A stretch of 64,000 nucleotides of DNA from an uncultured Bacteroidia bacterium (lineage in GTDB: Bacteria; CAIWAD01; BS150m-G50), in the NCBI GenBank assembly GCA_964517435.1, contig CAZFEC010000008.1, forward strand, positions 10 to 64,009. The letters run 5' to 3'. Each line of letters begins with the position of its first letter. Position 1 is the first letter of the stretch. Under the pieces are notes generated by a model that saw nothing but the letters and a program-made list of their open reading frames with translations, ran no database searches and was not told the DNA's origin. The position numbers and the translations under genes are program-made. Positions 28,444 to 37,337 of the stretch are shown here, in pieces.

Positions 28444-29787
28444 ATGCAGGTACCGGAGCTGAAATACTACGGACCAAACGATCTGCAGCGGTTGCCGCAG
28501 CTGCAAAAACTGCCCCGGTCTGAAGTGCTGGCGATGCAGGCCGTCGCGCAGATATTTCCGTTCCGGACCAACAGTTATGTGGTGGAAAACCTGATCGACT
28601 GGGATGATATTCCGGACGATCCGATGTTTCGCCTCACCTTCCCGCATCGTGATATGCTGCCGGCGGTAACCTTGCGACGCCTGGTCAATCTGCTGACGGA
28701 GGGAGTCGCCGGGTCGGTCATCCAACGCTATGCCAACGAAATCCGCAGCCAGCTGCATCCCCATCCGGAAGGGCAGAAAGAGTATAATGTCCCGTTTCTC
28801 GACGGACAGCCGGTGCAGGGCGCTCAACACAAATACAGAGAAACACTGCTGGTTTTCCCCTCTGCCGGTCAGAGTTGCCACGCCTTCTGTACATTCTGTT
28901 TCCGCTGGCCGCAATTTGTTGGTGTGATCGATTGGCGTTTCGCCACTCGCGAACATGGTCTCTATCTGGATTACCTCCGGCGTCACCGGGAGATCACCGA
29001 TGTCCTCCTCACCGGCGGCGACCCGATGACCATGAACGCCAGACAGCTGTCACTCTATGTCAAACCGCTGCTCGGGCCCGGTTTCGAACATGTACAGACC
29101 ATCCGTATCGGCACCAAAGCACTCACATACTGGCCTTACCGTTATCTGACCGACAGCGATGCCGACGATCTGCTGCGACTGTTCGAGAGTGTCGGCACCG
29201 CCGGTAAACACCTGGCCGTCATGACCCATTTCTGTCACTGGAAAGCTCTGCAACCCCCCGCCGCCCAGTCCGCGATTCAGCGTCTGCGCTCCGCGGGGGT
29301 GGAGATCCGTAGTCAATCGCCGCTGGTCCGCCATATCAACGACACCCCGGTGGTCTGGATCAAGCTGTGGAAGCTGCTGGTGCGTTACGGGTGCATACCG
29401 TACTACATGTTTGTACAACGGCAGACCGGTCCGCATGATTATTTCAAGGTCCCGTTGCGGCGCTGTCTGGAGATCTACCGGCGGGCGGTGCAATCGGTCT
29501 CCGGCCTGAGCCGTACCGCGCGGGGGCCGGTGATGTCGGCGCTGCCCGGCAAGGTATGTATCGACGGTATCGCCGAGGTGAACGGCGAGCGGGTTTTCGT
29601 GCTCTCCTTCCTGCAGGGACGCAATCCGGCCTGGTGCGGGCGGCCTTTCTTCGCGAAGTACAGCGACACCGCCACCTGGCTGACCGACCTGGAGCCGGCA
29701 AGCGGTCAAAAGGAGTTTTTCTATCAACCGGAGTTGCGGGAAATTCTGACCCGAAAGGCGGCTCTGAAAGCCGGCATGACGCTCTGA
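28444..29787 (+). CDS. KamA-family radical SAM protein (lysine 2,3-aminomutase-like)
   Basis: CHAFCTFCFRW (CxxxCxxC) and KamA-like length and layout. ATG 28444 has GGGAGGG at 7 nt. Confidence 0.75.
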   Translation: MQVPELKYYGPNDLQRLPQLQKLPRSEVLAMQAVAQIFPFRTNSYVVENLIDWDDIPDDPMFRLTFPHRDMLPAVTLRRLVNLLTEGVAGSVIQRYANEIRSQLHPHPEGQKEYNVPFLDGQPVQGAQHKYRETLLVFPSAGQSCHAFCTFCFRWPQFVGVIDWRFATREHGLYLDYLRRHREITDVLLTGGDPMTMNARQLSLYVKPLLGPGFEHVQTIRIGTKALTYWPYRYLTDSDADDLLRLFESVGTAGKHLAVMTHFCHWKALQPPAAQSAIQRLRSAGVEIRSQSPLVRHINDTPVVWIKLWKLLVRYGCIPYYMFVQRQTGPHDYFKVPLRRCLEIYRRAVQSVSGLSRTARGPVMSALPGKVCIDGIAEVNGERVFVLSFLQGRNPAWCGRPFFAKYSDTATWLTDLEPASGQKEFFYQPELREILTRKAALKAGMTL

Positions 29788-29917
29788 GGATTTCATTTCT
29801 AATGCTTGAATTTGCTTTCCGTCCCCCACATCGTAGATTGTGATATAAACTCTGGCGTTCGAATAAGAAATCACAACAACCTGCTGTGACGTCATTATTG
29901 ATGTGGAGTTAAATGTG

Positions 29918-30712
29918 ATGAAATCTCTCCTCCTCCTGCTGATCGCGATCTCCCTGACCGGTACTCTTGCCTTTGCCGCCGAGCCGCCGGCCGGGTTGCC
30001 CGACGACTACCTGCCGTTTACTCTGGTCCTGCAGGATTTGCTGCTGACCGGTGAAAGCGAGTATCTTCCCGGTTTCACTCTCAACCTGAAGCTCTCCTGC
30101 GGTATACCGGATGGGGAGTTGAGTGATGCGATACTGTTCGCCGCGGTGCGTGTCGGGTGGCTGGACGGCCATCTATCCTACCCGAACGGCAGAACAACTC
30201 CGGTCACATTCGAACTCTTGCGGCACCGGAGTGTTGAAATAATCTATATGAAAACCTCGCTCGGTTATTTCCTCTGGGAATACCTCACGGTTGAGAAAGA
30301 CAGGGTGAACTTCGCGATCTACTGGTGGTACTGCCCGCCGGCAACGTCCACCGATCTGGCCATCATCGCCAGGACGCGGCAGTTGCTGACCGATTCCACC
30401 CGCTGGCACCAGACGGACGACCGCGATTGCGAGGATGATGTCACGCAGGAGCGGTGGAGCCTCTTCTGCGCGTTGAAGCATGCCTCGCTGGAACTGGCGG
30501 GCGAATACAATCACCACAACACCGCCCTGCAGACCGCCCGGTTCGTGATCGATGAATACTGGCCCGAACACGGTTTTGAGCACGCATTGATGGACTTCAA
30601 CAATGCGCCTACTACAGAGTTTGCTGATGTCCTGTGCGTGCTGACGCTGACGGAGCAGCGTCTCGAGTGGGAAGTCACGGCGGGAACCGGGGCGCAAACT
30701 CGATCGGAATAG
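29918..30712 (+). CDS. Hypothetical secreted protein
   Basis: Signal peptide MKSLLLLLIAISLTGTLAFA; no recognised domain. Confidence 0.45.
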   Translation: MKSLLLLLIAISLTGTLAFAAEPPAGLPDDYLPFTLVLQDLLLTGESEYLPGFTLNLKLSCGIPDGELSDAILFAAVRVGWLDGHLSYPNGRTTPVTFELLRHRSVEIIYMKTSLGYFLWEYLTVEKDRVNFAIYWWYCPPATSTDLAIIARTRQLLTDSTRWHQTDDRDCEDDVTQERWSLFCALKHASLELAGEYNHHNTALQTARFVIDEYWPEHGFEHALMDFNNAPTTEFADVLCVLTLTEQRLEWEVTAGTGAQTRSE

Positions 30713-30762
30713 TAGAAAATCAGGCGGAACCCATCAGTCGCACCAGGGAACGGGAGTTACGG

Positions 30763-31230
30763 ATGGAAAGCGTGAGAATCGAGCCGGCGACAGTCGCCGA
30801 TCTGGATCGCGATCTGGAGCGGATCACGGAGCTGATACGGGAGCTGTACGCTGCGATGACGGAACCGCCTTCGGGTGATGCTGAGGATATTCACGCCAAC
30901 TGCCGCGTTCTGCTCGACGATCCCGCATACCGGCTGCTGATCGCCAGGACGGGGGAGCGGCTGATAGGTCTGGTCAACTTCACGACACGGCGTACGCTCA
31001 GCCATACACGCCCTTCGGCACTGATCGACGAGCTGATCGTTACCGCTGAGTATCGCGGACGGGGGGTGGGGGAGCAGCTGATCGCGGCTGTGGCCAGCCT
31101 CTGCCGGGAGTTGGGTTGTGAGGAGTTGGAAGTCAGCACCGAGCTGAGCAACCACGCCGCGCGTGAGTTCTACCGGAAATGCGGTTTCGACGAGGAAGCG
31201 GTGCTTCTGGAGCTGCAGCTCGACAATTGA
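30763..31230 (+). CDS. GNAT family N-acetyltransferase
   Basis: ATG 30763 with GGAG at 7 nt; motif A YRGRGVGEQLI. Confidence 0.75.
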   Translation: MESVRIEPATVADLDRDLERITELIRELYAAMTEPPSGDAEDIHANCRVLLDDPAYRLLIARTGERLIGLVNFTTRRTLSHTRPSALIDELIVTAEYRGRGVGEQLIAAVASLCRELGCEELEVSTELSNHAAREFYRKCGFDEEAVLLELQLDN

Positions 31231-31242
31231 ACCAGGCCTGGT

Positions 31243-32289
31243 TCAAGCGACCGCGATACCCTCACCGTCGGTCACCTCACCCACCACGGCGCAGAGATGA
31301 CCCGCCGCTTCGAACCGTTCCTGCAACTTCTCCAGCTGCTCCGACGGCACCGCCGCCAGCAGGCCACCGGAGGTCTCCGGCGTGAAGAGCAGCATCCGTT
31401 TTTCCTCGCCGATATTCGCGGCAAATTCCACCTGCGGTTCGAAGCAGGTCTGGTTGTGACAGGATCCAGCCGGGAAGAACCAGTCCGCCGCGTAGTCGTG
31501 CGTCCCCGGCAGCAACGGCAGGCGATCAAAGTGCAGATTGAGACGGACACCGCTGCCGTCGGCCAGCTCCAGTCCATGCCCGAGCAGGCTGAAACCGGTG
31601 ACGTCGGTGCAGCAGATAACACCCGCTTCGCGCAGGAGGCGGGCGGCATCGCGGTTAAGCTGCTGCATGGATGTCACCGCGTCCGCCAGGTGTTCCGGCA
31701 GGGCGGCGTCTCCCTTCGCAGCGGTGGTGATAAGTCCGGTCCCCAGTGGTTTGGTCAGCAGCAGCCGGTCGCCGGAACGGGCGCCGTTGTTGGTGAACAG
31801 CCCCTCCGGATGCACGAGACCCATCACCGCCAGTCCGTATTTCGGTTCCGGGTCGCACACGGTGTGCCCCCCCGCCAGTACACCCCCCGCTTCGGCGACC
31901 TTGTCCGCTCCGCCCCGGAGGATCGCCTGCATGATCTCCGGATCGAGATCGGAGGGGAAACCGCAGATGTTCAACGCCAGCACCACTTCGCCCCCCATGG
32001 CGTAGACATCGCTCATGGCGTTGGCGGCGGCGATGCTGCCGTACTCGTAGGGATCATCCACCACCGGTGTGAAGAAATCGAGGGTTTGTATCACGGCCGT
32101 ATTGTCGTCAATGCGATACACCGCCGCGTCGTCACCCTCGGCCAGCCCGACCAGCAGAGCGGGGTGATCGCCGGCCGGGAATCGCTCCACCATCGGCTTG
32201 AGTACTTCCGCCAGAACCTCCGGCGCCATCTTGGAGGCTCATCCGGCTGCCGTGGTGAGCGAAGTCAACCGTACTTTCTTACTGGTCAT
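31243..32289 (-). CDS. selD: Selenide, water dikinase SelD, selenocysteine-containing (in-frame UGA at 32239..32241)
   Basis: The 328-aa ORF body is SelD (AIR-synthase-like). Reading upstream on the minus strand gives ATG(32289)-MTSKKVRLTSLTTAAG-TGA-ASKMAPEVLAEVL. This aligns with E. coli SelD 6[25 protein letters not shown], and the TGA falls on catalytic Cys17. GGAGG lies 7 nt upstream of ATG 32289; none precedes the ORF-track start at 32229. Confidence 0.85.
32214..32240 (-). promoter_or_regulatory. Candidate SECIS-like hairpin at/after the selD UGA
   Basis: mRNA GAGCCUCC-AAGAUGGCGCC-GGAGGUUC, an 8-bp stem with one G·U, starting within the UGA. Confidence 0.35.
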
Positions 32290-32343
32290 TGTACATCCTC
32301 CGTACCGGGTGTGCATCCATCTGCAACCGGCAGCGTTACTCCC

Positions 32344-32574
32344 TCAAGGGACGTCATGACAGGCACCGATATCCAGGTTGCCTTGAAGCAGGATCTCCTG
32401 CGCCAGCTTCCGGTCCTCGAGCTTCACCCGCACGCAGACGCCGCAATCGGAACTCAGGTGACGCGGGACCGGGATCAGGCGGCACTCGCAACCAGCCCGT
32501 TTCAACAGCCGCTCTCCCTTGAGGGCGTGGCTGGTGGTCGGTACCAGAAAAACCGTATATTTGTTTTCAGTCAT
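32344..32574 (-). CDS. DUF3343 (putative Se/S carrier-like) protein
   Basis: Start at ATG 32574 (MTENKYTVFLVPTTSHALKGERLLKRAGCECRLIPVP). Family is typically linked to selD/yedE. Confidence 0.65.
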   Translation of the reverse strand: MTENKYTVFLVPTTSHALKGERLLKRAGCECRLIPVPRHLSSDCGVCVRVKLEDRKLAQEILLQGNLDIGACHDVP

Positions 32575-32605
32575 CAACTCTCCCGGGGCTGGCGGAATTC
32601 CCGCC

Positions 32606-33763
32606 TCAATCGTTCCTCTCCGCCGCCGCAACCTCTGCGACCGCCGCCAGCGTGGTTTCGATCTCCCCCGCCGTCGTGAAAACACCGGGGCTCAGGCGCA
32701 CGGTGCCGGCGGGAAAGGTGCCAAGCGTGCGGTGCGAAGCGGGAGTACAATGTAAACCGACCCGGCACAGAATACCATGCTCCTCTTCCAGCCGCAGGCC
32801 GGTGGTGGAAGGGAGCTGATCCGCGATGGTGAAAGAGACCGCGCAGGTACGCTGTTCCGCCCGCGCCGGACCGTAGGCCGTAACGCCCGGAATCTCCCGC
32901 AATCCCTTCTGCAGTCGGTTCACCAGATCCGCTTCCCGCTGCTGTAGCTGTGCGATTCCCTGCCCCCGCAGCCAGTCGAGCGCCGCGCCCAAGCCCGCCA
33001 GGCCGGGTGCGTTGCGGGTGCCGCTTTCGTAGCGGTCCGGCAGCTGATCCGGCTGCGACTCCCGTTCCGACCAGCTGCCGGTGCCCCCGCGTGTCAGCGG
33101 CTGCAGACGTTCACAGTCAACCCGCTCGCCGATCACCAGACCACCGGTGCCGGACGGTCCCAGCAAACCCTTGTGCCCGGTAAACGCCAGCAGATCGATC
33201 CGATCCTGCTGTATATCGACCGGCAGGACCCCGGCACTCTGAGCGGCGTCGACCAGCAGCAGTAGATCGTGCTCCCGCGCGAAACGGCCGACGGCGGCAA
33301 CCGGCTGCACGGTCCCGATGATGTTGGACGCGTGGTTGAGTGCGATCAGCACCGTGTTCCTGCGCAGCGCCGGCGCCAGGTCAGCCGGATCCAGTTCGCC
33401 GGTAGCGGAGCAGGGCAGGACCGTCAGTTCGACACCCAGCTCCTCCAGCCGGCGCAGCGGACGCATCACGGAATTGTGTTCCATGCTGCTGGTAATCACA
33501 TGGTCGCCGGGACGGAGATAGCCGGCCAGCGCCAGGTTGAGACTTTCGGTGGCGTTCTGGGTGAACACCACCCGCAACGGGTCCGGTTGGCTGAACAGAC
33601 CGGCCACCGCTTCCCGCACGGCATAGACACCACGACCCGCTTCCAGAGACAACCGGTGTCCGGAGCGGCCCGGGTTGCCGCCGATAGCGAGCATCTCGAT
33701 CATCGCCGTCGCCACGCCGTCCGGCTTCGGCCAGGAGCTGGCGGCGTTGTCGAGGTAGATCAC
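32606..33763 (-). CDS. Cysteine desulfurase / selenocysteine lyase family (class V aminotransferase)
   Basis: GTG start overlapping the upstream stop (GTGA). Class-V aminotransferase fold with a PLP Lys region (FTGHKGLLGPSGTGGL). Confidence 0.8.
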   Translation of the reverse strand: MIYLDNAASSWPKPDGVATAMIEMLAIGGNPGRSGHRLSLEAGRGVYAVREAVAGLFSQPDPLRVVFTQNATESLNLALAGYLRPGDHVITSSMEHNSVMRPLRRLEELGVELTVLPCSATGELDPADLAPALRRNTVLIALNHASNIIGTVQPVAAVGRFAREHDLLLLVDAAQSAGVLPVDIQQDRIDLLAFTGHKGLLGPSGTGGLVIGERVDCERLQPLTRGGTGSWSERESQPDQLPDRYESGTRNAPGLAGLGAALDWLRGQGIAQLQQREADLVNRLQKGLREIPGVTAYGPARAEQRTCAVSFTIADQLPSTTGLRLEEEHGILCRVGLHCTPASHRTLGTFPAGTVRLSPGVFTTAGEIETTLAAVAEVAAAERND

Positions 33764-33969
33764 TCTTCTATCGTTAATCGGAAACCATCCTCTCTGTTAT
33801 CCACCTTCACTCTGTATCCCCGGCTCTCGGCCAGGCGTCGCACATTCTCGCGGGAGGCGACCGAATCGACGATCACCTCCACGAGCAGATCACCCGCCTC
33901 CAGCGCTCGCTTGGTCAGCAGCACCGGCTGGGGACAGGAAAGCCCGCTGGCATCCACTATTTGCGTCAT
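33760..33969 (-). CDS. TusA/YedF-like sulfur(selenium)transferase
   Basis: 69 aa with the CPxP motif (GLSCPQPVLLTKRAL); GAGAGGA Shine-Dalgarno. Confidence 0.75.
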   Translation of the reverse strand: MTQIVDASGLSCPQPVLLTKRALEAGDLLVEVIVDSVASRENVRRLAESRGYRVKVDNREDGFRLTIEE

Positions 33970-34020
33970 TCTATCGTCCTCTCAAACAGATTTGTATTGA
34001 TTTCACAGCGGTTGCACCGT

Positions 34021-35148
34021 TCAGACTCGTTCGCGCATCGTAAACCCGATCACCACGCAGACAACCAGGCCCAGCAGTACGGCGATCATGCCGGCCGTAT
34101 TGATACCACCGACCTGGACGACTCCCGCCACCAGCTTGTCCGGTCTGGCGGCCAGCGCGAAGTTATGCGCGAAAGCGGCGCCGGTGAGCATGCCCAGCAC
34201 GAAAATGCCGGCATCGCCGTCACCCTCTCCGCTCAGGAACAGCTGGCGACCGGGGCAGCCGCCGGCCAGCAGGAAGGCCAGCCCCGACAGCACCATCCCC
34301 AGGAAATTCCAGAAGTAGTTGGAATGGGCTACCGGTTGGGCCGCAACGCCGAAGCCCACCTGACCGAGCAAAAGGTTGGTGATGAAAGCGACCACGGCCA
34401 GCGTGATGACACCGGTCAGCAAATGAAAATCGCGGATCAGGATAGAGTCGCGGAAGGCGCCCATGGTGCAGAAACGGGTGCGCTGCGCCAGGAAACCTAT
34501 CAGCAGCCCCGCACCGAGTGAAATCAGCAGCGGTGCGTGCATTGCGCCGGGACCTTTCAGGCTGAAGAAAACGGCACCACCCTCGCTGAATTGCGGGCGC
34601 AGGATCACCAGCAGCAACAGACCGACCATCAGGAACGGCATCACCCAGCCGGCGGCGGCTTTGGTTCTGAACGCCCGCCCCAGGCTGTAGCCACGGCGGA
34701 GAAACAGGGTGCCAACCCAGATGCCGGCGCTGAGTCCCGCCAGACCGATCACGGCGTTCAGATCGCCGCCCGCCAGGCGCAGCAGGGCGCGCCAGGGACA
34801 ACCGAGAAATGCCAGTGCGCCGATCATGGCGAAGCCGCCCAGCAGAAAGCGGATCAGCGGTGCCGAACCGCCGCGGGCCCGGAACTCCCGGAAGAGCAGG
34901 GCGGCGACCAGCGAGCCCAGCACGAAGCCGACCAGCTCCGGCCGGATGTACTGGACGACGCCCGCCCGGTGCAGTCCCAGCGCGCCGGCGATATCCCGTT
35001 CGAAACAAGCGACGCAGACACCCATGTTGGGCGGATTACCCAGCTTCTGGAGCAGCGGCGCGAGCACGCCGATCACGGCTCCGGCCAGGATAATACCCCA
35101 GCGTGAGGCAAAGAAAGCGGTTAGATTTTCGGATCGATTCGTAGGCAT
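34021..35148 (-). CDS. YedE/YeeE family membrane protein (putative selenium/sulfur transporter)
   Basis: Polytopic membrane protein with two conserved Cys-containing half-motifs (GVCVACFERD and RFCTMGAFRD). Start set at ATG 35148. Confidence 0.75.
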   Translation of the reverse strand: MPTNRSENLTAFFASRWGIILAGAVIGVLAPLLQKLGNPPNMGVCVACFERDIAGALGLHRAGVVQYIRPELVGFVLGSLVAALLFREFRARGGSAPLIRFLLGGFAMIGALAFLGCPWRALLRLAGGDLNAVIGLAGLSAGIWVGTLFLRRGYSLGRAFRTKAAAGWVMPFLMVGLLLLVILRPQFSEGGAVFFSLKGPGAMHAPLLISLGAGLLIGFLAQRTRFCTMGAFRDSILIRDFHLLTGVITLAVVAFITNLLLGQVGFGVAAQPVAHSNYFWNFLGMVLSGLAFLLAGGCPGRQLFLSGEGDGDAGIFVLGMLTGAAFAHNFALAARPDKLVAGVVQVGGINTAGMIAVLLGLVVCVVIGFTMRERV

Positions 35149-35679
35149 GTAGACCTCCGGTTGGGCGCGGCCCTTCGCGCTGACCGGAGATCTCCGGCGG
35201 TCAGAGCGGGAAGGCGGCGCGTGGTTTGGCAATTGAGAACCTGACCGGTTCCCGGCACGCGCTTCAGATTTGGTGTGACATCAGGGTGTGATACATTGCT
35301 CTTTCCTGGTTGGCTGCGCAGAGCACCATGGTTACCGGGCGATTGCGCGGGTTTCTTAACGGTAAAAAGATTGAACAACCGGTTCTACCGATCAAGCATT
35401 ATCTCATTCACACAAAGCGGATCCGGCGATCGGCGATATCCTCTGGACCTGGCCGGATCGGCTGGTATTGCTGACTTCCATCATCCATATACCGTTCCAT
35501 CCAGTAACTGCCGGGTTGCTAGTTGAAGGTGGGTTAGATACCTTCTCAATTGAGTTGATCGACAAATGTGAGACGTAGACAGTGAAGAAAAAGCAGGGAA
35601 GCAGGGAGCGGATGTCACGCGGTTCGGAACCTTTCGTTCGAAGTGAAGGCCGGGTACCGCCTGTAAGCCGACAGGGACA

Positions 35680-36069
35680 GTGAACAGGTTGCGCCACGCC
35701 TTTTCGGCGCTGATCCTGGTCCAGGCGTTGCATGCCGTCGAGAAATACTATGGGCGGCTGTGGGAGCTGCTGCCGCCGGTCCGGTTCATCTGCAATCTGG
35801 TTGCTCATGATCCGGTACCAGGCTTCCTCCTGCTCAACAGCCTGTTTCTGCTGTTCGGTCTCTGGTGCCGGCTGTGGCCGGTCGGTCGGCAGTGGCGTTG
35901 GTGGCGCATCTGGCTCTGGCTCTGGATTGTGATTGAAATCATCAACGGTCTGGCTCATATCGGTCTGGCATTATGGCACGGCGGTTATTTCCCCGGCCTC
36001 TACACGGCGCCGCTGCTGTTGCTGATCGCCGGCTGGCTGGTGTTCCAACTGGGAAGCCGTCCGAGTTGA
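35680..36069 (+). CDS. HXXEE-like small membrane protein
   Basis: GTG start. HAVEKYYG early, Trp/Arg-rich helices; the protein has no internal Met. Confidence 0.35.
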   Translation: MNRLRHAFSALILVQALHAVEKYYGRLWELLPPVRFICNLVAHDPVPGFLLLNSLFLLFGLWCRLWPVGRQWRWWRIWLWLWIVIEIINGLAHIGLALWHGGYFPGLYTAPLLLLIAGWLVFQLGSRPS

Positions 36070-36088
36070 TGGCAGGAAGGGAGGTCTT

Positions 36089-36742
36089 ATGAAGAGAACA
36101 GCGATCTTCATCGTTCTGACCGCGCTCACCTGGCTTGGGATTGCTAATCCACCCTCCAGCGCCTACGATTTATACCCGGACCCGACGTCAGGACTTTATA
36201 CCGAGCGTAATGAGGAACAGGCAGATACCGATGTTGCCGCCGGGGAGAGATTGCGGCAGGTCGAGTTCCGGTTCCGGCTGGGGCAGGGAGGCTTTCAGGA
36301 TGACCGTTCCGATCTCGGTCAGCTCGGCGGCGGCCAGATTACCCTCGATATCAAGCCGGTCAGGCTACCACTCGCGTTATCTCTCACCAGCGAGTACTAC
36401 ACCAATTCCGCCGATCCGACCCATACCTACGAAATCCCCATCATGTTCGCTGTCAACCTGCTCTACATCGTAGATCCTCTCAAGTGGGAGCGGTTGCGTC
36501 TCTTTACGGGGGGCGGTGTCGGCAGGCTGGAAGTACCTATAAGCGAGACTAATCCCGATCTGACTCGGCACGCCTGGCTGGTCAACCTGGAGCTGGGTCT
36601 GGACTACCGGCTGTTCTGGAAGCTGGGTTTCTACGGTGTGGGTAAATACCTCTATTCGCGGCGGGATATCGACGGCGAGCGGGTGATCGACTTCAACGAA
36701 GCGATCCTGCTGCTGGGGCTGACCCTCACGTTCAGTATCTAA
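36089..36742 (+). CDS. Hypothetical secreted/outer-membrane beta-barrel-like protein
   Basis: Signal peptide and alternating-hydrophobic C-terminus; GGGAGG Shine-Dalgarno. Confidence 0.4.
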   Translation: MKRTAIFIVLTALTWLGIANPPSSAYDLYPDPTSGLYTERNEEQADTDVAAGERLRQVEFRFRLGQGGFQDDRSDLGQLGGGQITLDIKPVRLPLALSLTSEYYTNSADPTHTYEIPIMFAVNLLYIVDPLKWERLRLFTGGGVGRLEVPISETNPDLTRHAWLVNLELGLDYRLFWKLGFYGVGKYLYSRRDIDGERVIDFNEAILLLGLTLTFSI

Positions 36743-36832
36743 CAGATACGAGGGATCGACTCCGCCGATCCTTGCCCCGCTGGAGGAGCGAACACGGGAA
36801 TTGAAATCCGCGCCGAATCAACAGGAGTTATG

Positions 36833-37315
36833 ATGAAACGCTTAGTTGAGACGATACTGCTGCTGGCGATGTTGCTGAGCTGCCTGGCCGGCTGTCAGCG
36901 ACAGGTTACGGCGGACCTTCCCGCCGACCTGCAGAAGGCGATCGCGGCGTTCTACGACGCTATCGAAACCGGTGACACACAGGCTCGTGTCGATCTGCTG
37001 GCCGACGAAGTGATTCTGATGCCGAATCACTGGACCATGTATCGTGGTTTCGACGAAGTCGCCGGTCTCCTCGAAGCCGGTAGTGACGCCGTGTTCAAGA
37101 TCCGCGACCGGGTGATCGTGGCCGGCGCCGCCGGGCCGGAGCTGGCCTACACTGTAAACAGCTACGCCTACACCTATCACCTGGTCGGCGATCCGCCGCA
37201 GTGGCACCAGACCAAGAACCTGCATCTTTGGAGGCGCGACGCGGAAGGCCGCTGGCGACTGCAGGTGGATATCTGGAACAGCGATGTGCCTGTGAGTGAG
37301 TTCGACACTGAATGA
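36833..37315 (+). CDS. Lipoprotein, NTF2/SnoaL-like (DUF4440-like) fold
   Basis: Lipobox LLSCLAGC; the remainder fits an NTF2-like fold. Confidence 0.5.
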   Translation: MKRLVETILLLAMLLSCLAGCQRQVTADLPADLQKAIAAFYDAIETGDTQARVDLLADEVILMPNHWTMYRGFDEVAGLLEAGSDAVFKIRDRVIVAGAAGPELAYTVNSYAYTYHLVGDPPQWHQTKNLHLWRRDAEGRWRLQVDIWNSDVPVSEFDTE

Positions 37316-37337
37316 AAACGGTTGCGGCTGCTGGGAT

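Noticed and set aside
35404-35958. 184-aa minus-strand ORF in the yedE/HXXEE intergenic region
   Set aside because: It overlaps the plus-strand HXXEE gene and is Pro/Gln-rich and low-complexity, with no Shine-Dalgarno sequence. It is likely spurious.
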